Positions 17,688 to 26,211 of a DNA stretch of 39,389 bases are shown piece by piece. A program made the translations under genes and the position numbers. The stretch's first letter is position 1. Each line of letters begins with the position of its first letter. Source of the stretch: Anaerolineaceae bacterium (lineage in GTDB: Bacteria > Chloroflexota > Anaerolineae > Anaerolineales > UBA11579); contig OMJR01000082.1 of assembly GCA_900299355.1 (NCBI GenBank), positions 1 through 39,389 on the forward strand. Direction: 5' to 3'. The notes beneath the pieces are model-generated. The model made no database searches. It was given only the letters and a program-made list of their open reading frames with translations, and had not been told where the DNA came from.

Positions 17688-17727
17688 ATTATAGGGATAC
17701 ATTCACTATGGTGCAAGTTCTATGCCA
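17688..17727 (-). promoter_or_regulatory. Overlapping promoter signatures upstream of rpoN: sigma-54 -24/-12 (TGGCAT-N5-TTGCA) and sigma-70 (TTGCAC-N17-TATAAT)
   Basis: The minus strand reads CCTGGCATAGAACTTGCACCATAGTGAATGTATCCCTATAATCGCCCCACTAAGGAGCCGCCATG. The -24/-12 element is at 17712-17727, the -35 at 17711-17716 and the -10 at 17688-17693. Confidence 0.5.
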
Positions 17728-17754
17728 GGCCAATTTTGGTAGAATTCCCCGCCA

Positions 17755-19134
17755 ATGACGATGCAAGAACAATACCTGACTGTGGTGGGCGGCGGCCTGG
17801 CCGGCAGCGAAGCCGCCTGGCAAGCGGCCGAACGCGGCCTGTCTGTGCGCCTGTACGAGATGCGCCCCAAGCTGGAAACCGGCGCGCACGTGACCGGCGA
17901 CTTGGCCGAATTGGTGTGCTCCAATTCGCTGGGCTCGGACCTGCCCGACCGCGCCTCGGGCTTGCTGAAGAACGAGTTGCGCCGGATGGTCTCGCTGCTG
18001 GTGCGCCTAGCCGAGGAGACCGCCGTGCCCGCCGGTGGGGCGCTGGCAGTGGACCGCGAGGGCTTTGCCGCCGCGGTAACCCGGGAACTGGAGACACACC
18101 CCCGCATTGAGATTATTCGTGAGGAGATGCCCAACATCCCCGATGGCCTGGCCGTGATTGCTTCCGGACCGCTGACCTCGTCCAAATTGTCGCAAGCGAT
18201 AGCCGCCCTCAGCGGTGAGCAGCACCTCTACTTTTTTGATGCGATTTCGCCGATTGTCAGCCTCGAATCGGTGGACATGGATATCGCCTACCGCGCTTCG
18301 CGCTATGACCGCGGCGAGGAAGAGCAGGGCGATTACATCAATTGCCCGATGACCAAGGATGAATACGAAACCTTTGTAAATGCCTTGCTGGAGGCCGAGC
18401 GCATTGAGCTAAAGTCCTTTGAGCGCGAACTGGAGCAGGGGGTGCGCGCCGGCGCGCATACCTTCTTCGAGGGCTGCCTGCCGGTCGAAATCATCGCCGG
18501 GCGCGGTTTCGACTCGCTGGCCTACGGCCCCATGCGCCCGGTGGGCTTGATTGACCCGCGTAACGGCAAGCGGCCTTATGCGGTGGTGCAGCTACGCCAG
18601 GATAATTTGGCTGGCACGCTGTACAACCTGGTCGGCTTCCAGACCAACCTAACTTTTCCCGAGCAGCGCCGGGTGCTGCGGCTGATTCCCGGGCTGGCGA
18701 ACGCGCGCTTTGAGCGTTACGGCCAGATGCACCGCAACACCTTTATTCATGCGCCCAAGCTGCTGCGGCCCACGCTACAGTTCCACGAGCGGGATGGCCT
18801 GTTCTTTGCGGGTCAAATTACCGGGGTGGAGGGCTATGTGAGCAACATGGCGACTGGCCTGTTGGCGGGCCTGAACGCCGCTCGCATGGCGGCTGGTGAG
18901 GCTCCGCTGGAGCTTCCCGGCACGACCATGCTGGGCGCGCTATGCCAATACGTGACCCACGCCGATGAGGCCGATTTCCAGCCGATGAAAGCCAACTTTG
19001 GCATTATGCCGCCGCTACAAACGGATAAGAAGCTGGGCCGCCGCCAACGGGCGGCCGCCTACGCCGAGCGCGCTCTGGCCGACCTGGATGCCTATCTGGC
19101 TGAACAGGCCGTTTTGACCCCGGTTACCGCGTAA
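17755..19134 (+). CDS. trmFO: Methylenetetrahydrofolate--tRNA-(uracil54-C5)-methyltransferase TrmFO
   Basis: 459 aa. The N-terminal FAD fold reads [31 protein letters not shown], followed by CSNSLG and later GQITGVEGY blocks, colinear with TrmFO/Gid. Confidence 0.92.
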   Translation: MTMQEQYLTVVGGGLAGSEAAWQAAERGLSVRLYEMRPKLETGAHVTGDLAELVCSNSLGSDLPDRASGLLKNELRRMVSLLVRLAEETAVPAGGALAVDREGFAAAVTRELETHPRIEIIREEMPNIPDGLAVIASGPLTSSKLSQAIAALSGEQHLYFFDAISPIVSLESVDMDIAYRASRYDRGEEEQGDYINCPMTKDEYETFVNALLEAERIELKSFERELEQGVRAGAHTFFEGCLPVEIIAGRGFDSLAYGPMRPVGLIDPRNGKRPYAVVQLRQDNLAGTLYNLVGFQTNLTFPEQRRVLRLIPGLANARFERYGQMHRNTFIHAPKLLRPTLQFHERDGLFFAGQITGVEGYVSNMATGLLAGLNAARMAAGEAPLELPGTTMLGALCQYVTHADEADFQPMKANFGIMPPLQTDKKLGRRQRAAAYAERALADLDAYLAEQAVLTPVTA

Positions 19135-19170
19135 ATATTTCTACTGCGCATAGCCACACGGTAATCTCAT

Positions 19171-20094
19171 ATGTTAGGCCGCTCAATCAAACAAGAAAAG
19201 ACAGGGTGGGCCGCTGGCCTGCTGGCTTTGTTTGGCTTCGTGACGCTGGTCGGACTCTATCTGCTTTGGCAGGATTCCCAACCTTCAAACCTTCAACCTG
19301 AAACATTCTCCGGCGAGCGCGCCTACGAAGATGTGCTGACGCAGATGGCTTTTGGTCCGCGCACCCCGGGCAGCCCGGCGCACGCTGCCGCGGTGGACTG
19401 GCTGGTGGCGGAGTTAGGCGCAGCCGGCTGGCAAACCGAGGTGCAGGAAACCGAGTGGAACGGACACGCGGTGCGCAACGTGGTCGCCGAGCGCGGCAGC
19501 GGTCGCCCCTGGATTCTGCTCGGCGCCCACTACGACAGCCGCATCTACGCCGACCAGGACCCCAACCCCGCGCGACACCAGGAGCCGGTGCCGGGCGCCA
19601 ACGACGGCGCCTCCGGGGTGGCGGTGCTACTGGAGTTCGCCCGCGTGCTGCCCGCCGATTACCCCGGGCGGGTGACCATTGTGCTCTTTGACGCCGAAGA
19701 CAGCGGCAGCATTCCCGGCTGGGAGTGGATTATGGGCTCGCGGGCCTACGCCGCCAGCTTGGATGAGAATCCGGACTCGATGATATTGGTCGATTTGGTC
19801 GGGGATGCTGACCTATCACTGCCCTACGAGGGCAATTCGGATGAGGCGTTGCGCGCTGAAATCTGGGCGCTGGCGGCGGAGTTGGGCTACAGCGAAGTCT
19901 TTGTTCCCGAGGTAAAGTACACCATACTGGATGACCACATTCCCTTCCTGGAGCGCGGCATTCCTTCGGTGGACATTATTGACTTGGATTACGAATATTG
20001 GCACACGGTTGAGGACACAGCCGACAAGGTCTCCCAGGAGAGTTTGCAGATGGTGGGGGATGTGTTGTTGGCATGGCTGTTGGGTAGGCGGTAG
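19171..20094 (+). CDS. M28-family zinc peptidase (glutaminyl-cyclase-like) with N-terminal membrane anchor
   Basis: 307 aa. The TM segment is WAAGLLALFGFVTLVGLYLLW. M28 metal-site blocks are present: HYDS, PGANDGASGVAVLLE, LFDAEDSG and HT(VEDT). Confidence 0.85.
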   Translation: MLGRSIKQEKTGWAAGLLALFGFVTLVGLYLLWQDSQPSNLQPETFSGERAYEDVLTQMAFGPRTPGSPAHAAAVDWLVAELGAAGWQTEVQETEWNGHAVRNVVAERGSGRPWILLGAHYDSRIYADQDPNPARHQEPVPGANDGASGVAVLLEFARVLPADYPGRVTIVLFDAEDSGSIPGWEWIMGSRAYAASLDENPDSMILVDLVGDADLSLPYEGNSDEALRAEIWALAAELGYSEVFVPEVKYTILDDHIPFLERGIPSVDIIDLDYEYWHTVEDTADKVSQESLQMVGDVLLAWLLGRR

Positions 20095-20180
20095 CTGGTA
20101 GCTGTCAGCCATCAGCTGTCAGCAGTAAGCCATAATCTCAGTTTGGTTGTTGGAAGGGACTAGCACCGAGCGTTCTTCTG

Positions 20181-20382
20181 GTCTTTCCGAGGCGGGAACC
20201 AAAAGCACCACCCAAACCGCCGAAGCCGGCCAGCCGAGGAATCCATAACGCGGTGTATTCGGAATAGCCCTAAGTACAAATCAAGCCTGCGCTCCGCTCA
20301 GAGCGTCTCGTCCTATGAATAGACACACCAGGGATTCCTCGTCGGCCAGCGAAAGCCATCGCTGGCCTCGCTCGGAATGACA
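20181..20382. repeat. Composite inverted-repeat element A-I (MITE-like): GTCTTTCCGAGGCGGG...CCGAGGAATCC (20181-20244) and GGATTCCTCGTCGG-hairpin-CCTCGCTCGGAATGACA (20332-20382)
   Basis: The two ends are reverse complements of each other (GTC[A/T]TTCCGAG / CTCGGAATGAC). The right arm contains the perfect hairpin GGCCAGCG-AAAGCCAT-CGCTGGCC. The same termini recur at three other loci in the window. Confidence 0.8.
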
Positions 20383-20393
20383 AACTCTCTTTT

Positions 20394-20591
20394 GTCATTC
20401 CGAGGCGGGAACTAAAGGCATCACCCGGACCGCCGAAGCCAAACAGCCGAGGAATCCATCTAGCGCTTTCTTCGGAGAAACCTTGGCACACAAATCGAGT
20501 CTAGTCTTTGTTCTGAATATCTCGCGTTTTATGCCTTGGCGCAGCAGGAATTCCTCGTCGGCGGGCGCTGCCCGCCTCGCTCGGAATGACA
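20394..20591. repeat. Composite inverted-repeat element A-II, a tandem copy of A-I (period 213 bp)
   Basis: The left arm 20394-20457 matches 20181-20244 closely. The interior is visibly homologous but diverged (ACAAATCAAGCCT vs ACAAATCGAGTCT). The right arm is 20547-20591, GGAATTCCTCGTCGGCGGGCGCTGCCCGCCTCGCTCGGAATGACA. Confidence 0.8.
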
Positions 20592-20728
20592 GGAGTGGGC
20601 GTTGGTTTTGGCACAAGTGGGCACACGGATAGGCAATAGTGGAGTAGGGTAGCGCCTCCCTCGGAGCGTAATTCATGTGGGCGTTCGGCGCGGTCGAACT
20701 CCTGATTCTTGCGCGCAGCGCAAGATAG

Positions 20729-20757
20729 TTGGCAAAAGCACACGGATGCCGTACACT
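20729..20757 (+). promoter_or_regulatory. Possible sigma-70-type promoter giving a leaderless or near-leaderless aminotransferase mRNA
   Basis: TTGGCA (20729-20734), a 17-nt spacer, then TACACT (20752-20757). ATG 20766 lies only 9 nt downstream, and there is no SD in between. Confidence 0.3.
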
Positions 20758-20765
20758 AGCACGAT

Positions 20766-21935
20766 ATGAAACCTGCCGACCGCATCGCACACATCAAACC
20801 TTATTTCTTCGCCGAGTTGGGCAAAAAAATCAATGGCATGCGCGCCCGTGGGGTGGACGTTATCCGCCTGGATATGGGCAGCCCGGATTTGCCGCCCGCG
20901 CCCCAGGTGGTTGAGGCGCTCTCCCAGGCGGCGCACAAACCTTCCACCCACGGCTACACGCTGGGCAGCGGCACCGCTACCTTCCGCAAGGCGGTGGCGG
21001 CCTACTACCAGCACCGCTTCGGCGTGGAACTCGACCCCGGCTATGAAGTCATTGACCTGATTGGCTCCAAAGAGGGCCTGTTCATCCTCTCAATGGCCTA
21101 TCTCAACCCCGGCGATGTGGCCCTGGTGCCGGACCCGGCTTACGCGGTCTACGCCAAGAGCGCCGAAATCGCGGGCGCCGAACCCTATGCGATGCCTTTG
21201 CTGGCCGAGAATGCCTTCCTGCCCGATTTGGAGGCCATTCCTAGCAACGTGCTGCGCAGGGCAAGGATACTGTGGCTGAACTACCCCAACAACCCCACCG
21301 GCGCTATCGCCGATTTGAACTATTTCAAGCAGGTGGTTGCCTTTGCGAAAGAGCACGACCTGCTGGTTGCGCACGATGCGCCTTACACCGATGTGGGCTT
21401 CGACGGCTACCGCGCGCCCAGCATCCTGGAAGTCAAAGGCGCTAAAGAGGTGGCTGTCGAGTTCAACTCGTTCTCCAAGGCTTTCAACATGGCGGGCTGG
21501 CGGCTGGGCATGGCCCTGGGGCAGCCGGATGTGCTCAAGTACATTGAGACCTACAAGAGCCAGCAAGACTCGGCCATCTTTGCGCCGATTATGGCCGCCG
21601 GTGAAGTCGCCATGCAGGTGGACGACCGCTGGATTGACCAGCGCAACCGCGTGTATCAGGAGCGTCGCGATGTCGTCCTGGATGGCCTGCATGCCGCGGG
21701 CCTGAAGGTGACGCCGCCGCAGGCTTCGCTCTACGTCTGGGTACCGCTACCCGAGGGCGCCAAGAGCATGGATTTTTGCGCCCGTATGCTGGATGATGTC
21801 GGGGTCAGCACCACGCCCGGCGTGGTCTTCGGCCAGCACGGGGAAGGCTATCTACGCATCTCGCTGGTCACCGATATCGACACGATTAAGCAGGGCACCC
21901 AGCGCATGGTCGATTGGCTGCGCGAACGGGTTTGA
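20766..21935 (+). CDS. Class I/II PLP-dependent aminotransferase (resembles the ~390-aa family often annotated LL-diaminopimelate aminotransferase)
   Basis: 389 aa. It has the N-terminal block IKPYFFAELGKKI...GVDVIRLDMGSPDLPP and the PLP-lysine block SFSKAFNMAGWRLG. Substrate assignment is uncertain. Confidence 0.85.
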   Translation: MKPADRIAHIKPYFFAELGKKINGMRARGVDVIRLDMGSPDLPPAPQVVEALSQAAHKPSTHGYTLGSGTATFRKAVAAYYQHRFGVELDPGYEVIDLIGSKEGLFILSMAYLNPGDVALVPDPAYAVYAKSAEIAGAEPYAMPLLAENAFLPDLEAIPSNVLRRARILWLNYPNNPTGAIADLNYFKQVVAFAKEHDLLVAHDAPYTDVGFDGYRAPSILEVKGAKEVAVEFNSFSKAFNMAGWRLGMALGQPDVLKYIETYKSQQDSAIFAPIMAAGEVAMQVDDRWIDQRNRVYQERRDVVLDGLHAAGLKVTPPQASLYVWVPLPEGAKSMDFCARMLDDVGVSTTPGVVFGQHGEGYLRISLVTDIDTIKQGTQRMVDWLRERV

Positions 21936-23284
21936 TGGCAAAGAAAAAATTACACTCCACCCAGGCCAAGAAAGACCGCGCCCTCTTAGTGGGCGTGGAG
22001 TTCTTTGGCGACCAGTCATTGCTGGCGGTGGACGATTCACTGGAGGAATTGGCCATGCTGGCCACTACCGCCGGCCTGGATGTGGTCGGTGAAGTCAGCC
22101 AGCAGTTGGACGCCCCCAATCCCAAAACGCTGATTGGCTCCGGCAAGGTAGAGGAAGTCAAGGCACTGGCCGAAGAACTGGAAGCCAATATCGTGCTCTT
22201 CGACGATGAATTGTCGCCGCGTCACCAGCGCGAGCTTGAAAAAATTTTCGGCGAAGACCGGCGGGTGATTGACCGCACCGCCTTGATTTTGGATATCTTC
22301 GCCCAGCATGCCAGCACCCACGAAGGCGCATTACAAGTGGAGTTGGCCCAATACGAATATCGCCTGCCGCGCCTTACGCGCGCCTGGACCCATCTCGCGC
22401 GCCAGGCAGGCGGTGGCGGTGGCCGCGCCGGCGGCGTTGGCGGCGTGGGCTTGCGCGGCCCCGGTGAAACCCAGCTGGAGGCTGACCGCCGCGAAATCGG
22501 CCGGCGTATCAGCCACCTCAAGGGCGAGCTTGAAAAGGTGCGCGCCCATCGTGGGCGCTATCGGGCTCGCAGGAAGCGCGCGCGCATACCGGTGATTGCC
22601 CTGGTGGGTTACACCAATGCCGGTAAGTCGACCCTGCTGAACGCCTTGGCTGATTCAGATGTCTATGCCGCTAACAAGCTCTTCGCCACGCTGGACCCTA
22701 CCACGCGCAAGGTGGAGTTACCCGGCGGCCGCGAGGCGCTCTTTACTGATACAGTGGGCTTTATTCAAAAGCTGCCCACCAACCTGGTTGAAGCCTTCCA
22801 GGCCACCCTCGAAGAAATCAAGGACGCCGAATTATTGCTGCATGTGGTTGATGTCACTCATCCGCATGTGCGCGCCCAGGCCGCGGCGGTGGAGCGCACG
22901 CTGGAGGAAATTGAAGCCGACCATTTGCCGATGCTCACCGTGCTGAACAAAATCGACCGACTGGAATACCCGGCCGCCGCCGAGGTGGCGGTGGATGATT
23001 TCGATGATGCGGTGGCGATTTCGGCACTCAAGGGCACCGGGCTGGATGAATTGCTGTCCTCGGTAAACCGCCGGCTGCATGAAACGCTCACGCCCATCCA
23101 AGTGCACTTGCCCTTCGCGGAAGGCGCGCTGATTGCGCTCTTCCATGAGCAGGGGCGTGTTGAACACAGCGAACACACCCGCAAGGGGGTCTACATGGAG
23201 GGGCGCGTGCCCGGCCGCCTGGTGGCCCGCTACCGGCAGTTCCATGTAGACGGCAACCCCGAGCTGGAAGAGGAGCCCTTGTGA
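21935..23284 (+). CDS. hflX: GTPase HflX
   Basis: I prefer ATG 21935, which overlaps the aminotransferase stop (TGATG); the ORF track starts at TTG 21914. There is a Gly-rich HflX linker (GGGGRAGGVGGVGLRGPGE), then G1 GYTNAGKST, G3 DTVGF and G4 NKID. Confidence 0.9.
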   Translation: MAKKKLHSTQAKKDRALLVGVEFFGDQSLLAVDDSLEELAMLATTAGLDVVGEVSQQLDAPNPKTLIGSGKVEEVKALAEELEANIVLFDDELSPRHQRELEKIFGEDRRVIDRTALILDIFAQHASTHEGALQVELAQYEYRLPRLTRAWTHLARQAGGGGGRAGGVGGVGLRGPGETQLEADRREIGRRISHLKGELEKVRAHRGRYRARRKRARIPVIALVGYTNAGKSTLLNALADSDVYAANKLFATLDPTTRKVELPGGREALFTDTVGFIQKLPTNLVEAFQATLEEIKDAELLLHVVDVTHPHVRAQAAAVERTLEEIEADHLPMLTVLNKIDRLEYPAAAEVAVDDFDDAVAISALKGTGLDELLSSVNRRLHETLTPIQVHLPFAEGALIALFHEQGRVEHSEHTRKGVYMEGRVPGRLVARYRQFHVDGNPELEEEPL

Positions 23285-26211
23285 GCCATGCGCGCCTCGA
23301 GGAACTCAGCCAGGCGCTAAGCCGCGAAATCGCCGGGGACATCCGCCTGGATGCCGCCAGCCGCAAACTCTACAGCACCGACGCATCGATTTACGAAATT
23401 GAACCGCTAGGCGTGGTCTTCCCGCGCGTGGAGGATGACCTGCCGGCTATTATGGCGCTGGCCGCCGAATACGGTGTGCCGGTCTTGCCGCGTGGCTCGG
23501 GCTCATCCCTGGCGGGTCAGACCGTGGGCGCCGCGCTGGTGGTGGATTGTTCCCGCCACCTAAACCAGGTACTGTCCATTGACCCCGAAAGCCTGTCAGC
23601 CTGGGTGCAGCCCGGCCTGGTGCTGAATGACTTCAATCGTGTAGCCGGTCAGCATAGCTACAAGTATGGCCCCGACCCGGCCAGCGGCGACCGGGCCACC
23701 TTTGGCGGCATGCTGGGCAATAACTCCACCGGCGCGCATTCAATCCTATACGGGATGAGTTCGGATAACCTGCTGGCCCTCGACGCCGTGCTGGCCGATG
23801 GCAGCCAGGCGCGCTTGGCAAGCCTGAGCCAGGCCGAAGCCGGCCGCCGCGCCGAAGGCGACACGCGCGAGGCCCAGCTGTATGCTGCCGCGTTGGCGGT
23901 GCGCGAACAATATGGCCAGGCCATCCAGGAACGCTGGCCGCGCGTATGGCGTCGCGCCTCGGGCTACAGTCTGAATTATCTGCTGCCCTGGGCGCCCAGC
24001 CAGCCGCCAATGTGGAGTCAGCACAGCGATGCCGCTTATCCGCCGGTGGCCCCAGGCGAAATCAATTTGGCTCCGGCCTTGGTGGGCAGCGAGGGCACCC
24101 TGGCGCTCTTTAAACAGGCGCAGGTGCGCATCGTGCCTACGCTGCCGCACACCGTGCTGGGCGTGCTTTCTTATGACAGCGTGGCCGCGGCCTGCGACGC
24201 TGCGCCGGAGCTGCTCAAGCTCAATCCCTCCGCGGTGGAGTTGATTCCCCAGGTGATGATTCGCTTGGCTCGGGGTGTGCCGGCTTACGCCAACCAACTG
24301 GGCTTTGTGCAGGGTGACCCGGCGGCACTGCTGGTGGTTGAATTTTCCGGAGCGAGCGCCAGCGAGCTGGATGACCGCCTGCGGCAATTGGGGCCGCGCG
24401 CGGTGTTGGCGCGCAGCCGGGCTGAGCAGGACCAGATTTGGGCGGTGCGCAAGGTTGGTTTAGGCCTATTGATGTCGCGCGTGGGGGATGCCAAGCCGCT
24501 GCCCTTTATTGAAGATGTGGCTGTACCGGTTGAAGTACTGGGCGATTTCGTACGCGGCCTGGAACGCATTTTTGCTGAACACGGTACCTCGGGCGACTTC
24601 TACGCGCATGCTTCGGCAGGCTGCCTGCATGTGCGCCCCCTGATTAATCTAAAGACGCTGGAAGGCATCCGCCAGATGCGCTCGATTACCGAGGCGGTGG
24701 TGGCGCTGGCCAGCGGCTTTGGCGGTGCGATGACCGGTGAGCACGGTGATGGCCTCTCGCATGGCGAATGGCTGGAGCGGGTCTTCGGCGTCGAACTCAT
24801 CACGGCCCATCGCATGATGAAAGCGGCCGCCGACCCGCACAACATCCTAAACCCTGGCAAGATTGTCGACCCGCCGCCCATGGACCAGAATTTGCGTTTT
24901 GGCGAGGAATACCAGACCAGCACCTGGATTCCGGTGATGGATTTCGCACCGCAGGGCGGGTTGGTGGGCGCGATAGAGATGTGCAATGGGCAGGGCGTGT
25001 GCCGCAAACATGGCGGCGTGATGTGTCCCAGCTTCCAGGCCACCCAGGACGAGATGCACAGTACCCGCGGGCGCGCTAACCTGCTGCGCGGCATGATTTC
25101 GGGGCGCATGCCCGACGGCAGCGACGCCGAGGCCGCCGTGCATGAGGCGCTGGACCTCTGCCTGGAATGCAAGGGCTGCAAAGCCGAATGCTCCTCGGCG
25201 GTGGATATGGCCAAGCTGAAGTACGAATTCCTGCACCACTATTACCAGAGCCACCGCCGCCCGTTGCGCGATTATCTGTTTACCAACCTGGACCGCCTGG
25301 GCCGCCTGGCGCGGCCGCTGCGTCCGCTGGTCAACGGCATGCTGGGTAGCGGGGCTGGGCGCTGGCTGTGCGAGCGCCTGCTGGGCCTCTCGGCTGCGCG
25401 CGGCCTACCCGCCTTCAGGGCCGCCCCCAAGGCGGCCAACGGCCACGGCGCTCAGCCGGATGTGTTCTTCCTGCGCGATGCCTTTACCGAGTTCTTTTAC
25501 CCCGAGGTGATTGAAGGCGCTTTCGCGCTGCTTGAAGCGGCTGGAATACAAGTCGCGGTGCTGCCGGTGATGGACGCCGGGCGCGCGTATATCTCCAAGG
25601 GTTTCCTGCCCGAAGCCAAACGCCAGGCCCAGCGCGTGCTGGCCGCGGTGGCGGAGTTGGATCCGGAAGGACGTCTGCCGGTGGTCGGCGTGGAGCCGCC
25701 CGAAATTTACGCGCTTCGTGACGAGTACCTGGATTTGCTGCCTGGGGATGGCGACGCGGCCGCCCTGGCGGCGCGTTCCTATATGCTGGATGAATTCCTG
25801 CTGCGCCCGAATGCAGACGGTCAGCGGCCGGTGGAGCTGTTGGTAGGCAAGCTATCAGGCAGCGCGGCGGTGCTGCTGCACGGCCACTGCTACCAGAAGG
25901 CGCAGCCGCCCGCCGCGGATGGCTATCCTAGCGGCAATGCCGCCAGCGAGGCTTTTTTACGCGAATTGGGCTTGGACGTAGAGCAGGTCGCTTCGGGCTG
26001 CTGCGGCATGGCTGGTTCCTTTGGTTACGAGGCCGAACATTACGAACTCTCGATGCAGATTGGCGAACTGGCGCTCTTCCCGGCGGTGCGCGCCGCGGCG
26101 GCTGAGCGCGTTGTGCTGGCCGCAGGCGTCTCTTGCCGCACGCAGATTGCCAGCGGCACTGAACGCGAAGCCCAGCACCCGATTGCCTATATAGCCAGTT
26201 TGCTTAGCTAG
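23281..26211 (+). CDS. Fused FAD-linked oxidase / 4Fe-4S / CCG-domain protein (YdiJ-like, GlcD-GlcF-type 2-hydroxyacid dehydrogenase fusion)
   Basis: 976 aa. The GTG start overlaps the hflX stop (GTGA). It has an FAD_binding_4-like N-terminus (VVFPRVEDDLPAIMALAAEYGVPVLPRGSGSS), the Fe-S motifs CNGQGVCRKHGGVMCPS and CLECKGCKAEC, and a C-terminal CCG motif (SGCCGMAGSFG). Confidence 0.88.
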   Translation: MSHARLEELSQALSREIAGDIRLDAASRKLYSTDASIYEIEPLGVVFPRVEDDLPAIMALAAEYGVPVLPRGSGSSLAGQTVGAALVVDCSRHLNQVLSIDPESLSAWVQPGLVLNDFNRVAGQHSYKYGPDPASGDRATFGGMLGNNSTGAHSILYGMSSDNLLALDAVLADGSQARLASLSQAEAGRRAEGDTREAQLYAAALAVREQYGQAIQERWPRVWRRASGYSLNYLLPWAPSQPPMWSQHSDAAYPPVAPGEINLAPALVGSEGTLALFKQAQVRIVPTLPHTVLGVLSYDSVAAACDAAPELLKLNPSAVELIPQVMIRLARGVPAYANQLGFVQGDPAALLVVEFSGASASELDDRLRQLGPRAVLARSRAEQDQIWAVRKVGLGLLMSRVGDAKPLPFIEDVAVPVEVLGDFVRGLERIFAEHGTSGDFYAHASAGCLHVRPLINLKTLEGIRQMRSITEAVVALASGFGGAMTGEHGDGLSHGEWLERVFGVELITAHRMMKAAADPHNILNPGKIVDPPPMDQNLRFGEEYQTSTWIPVMDFAPQGGLVGAIEMCNGQGVCRKHGGVMCPSFQATQDEMHSTRGRANLLRGMISGRMPDGSDAEAAVHEALDLCLECKGCKAECSSAVDMAKLKYEFLHHYYQSHRRPLRDYLFTNLDRLGRLARPLRPLVNGMLGSGAGRWLCERLLGLSAARGLPAFRAAPKAANGHGAQPDVFFLRDAFTEFFYPEVIEGAFALLEAAGIQVAVLPVMDAGRAYISKGFLPEAKRQAQRVLAAVAELDPEGRLPVVGVEPPEIYALRDEYLDLLPGDGDAAALAARSYMLDEFLLRPNADGQRPVELLVGKLSGSAAVLLHGHCYQKAQPPAADGYPSGNAASEAFLRELGLDVEQVASGCCGMAGSFGYEAEHYELSMQIGELALFPAVRAAAAERVVLAAGVSCRTQIASGTEREAQHPIAYIASLLS

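Noticed and set aside
16997-17716. 239-aa minus-strand and 218-aa plus-strand ORFs overlapping rpoN
   Set aside because: They are alternative frames of the well-supported rpoN gene, with Pro/Arg/Gly-rich nonsense composition.
20098-20121. Direct repeat AGCTGTCAGC x2 just after the M28 peptidase stop
   Set aside because: It is short and forms only 4-bp stems, with no T run. It is probably fortuitous or a weak terminator.
20484-20499. TTGGCACACAAATCGA, a candidate sigma-54 -24 element upstream of the aminotransferase
   Set aside because: The -12 position reads TCGA instead of TTGC, with no GC at the required spacing. It also lies inside repeat element A-II.
20181-20591. Possible CRISPR array
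   Set aside because: The repeats alternate in orientation and differ in length (about 45 versus about 64 nt). Their spacing is irregular, and the 'spacers' of the two units are homologous. No cas genes are present.
20609-20624. TGGCACAAGTGGGCAC, a second candidate sigma-54 element
   Set aside because: The downstream GC is one base out of register (GG-N9-GC), and there is no TTGC.
20270-20790. Three minus-strand ORFs (73, 131 and 80 aa) in the gene-free region
   Set aside because: They are translations of the repeat elements (…SFRARRAAPADEEFL…, …VIPSEAGSARRRGIP…). They overlap one another and have no start context.
26204-26211. 8-nt overlap of the convergent 3' ends of the oxidase and rpiA genes
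   Set aside because: Both stops are consistent with full-length family members. Convergent overlaps of a few bases are common and need no special explanation.
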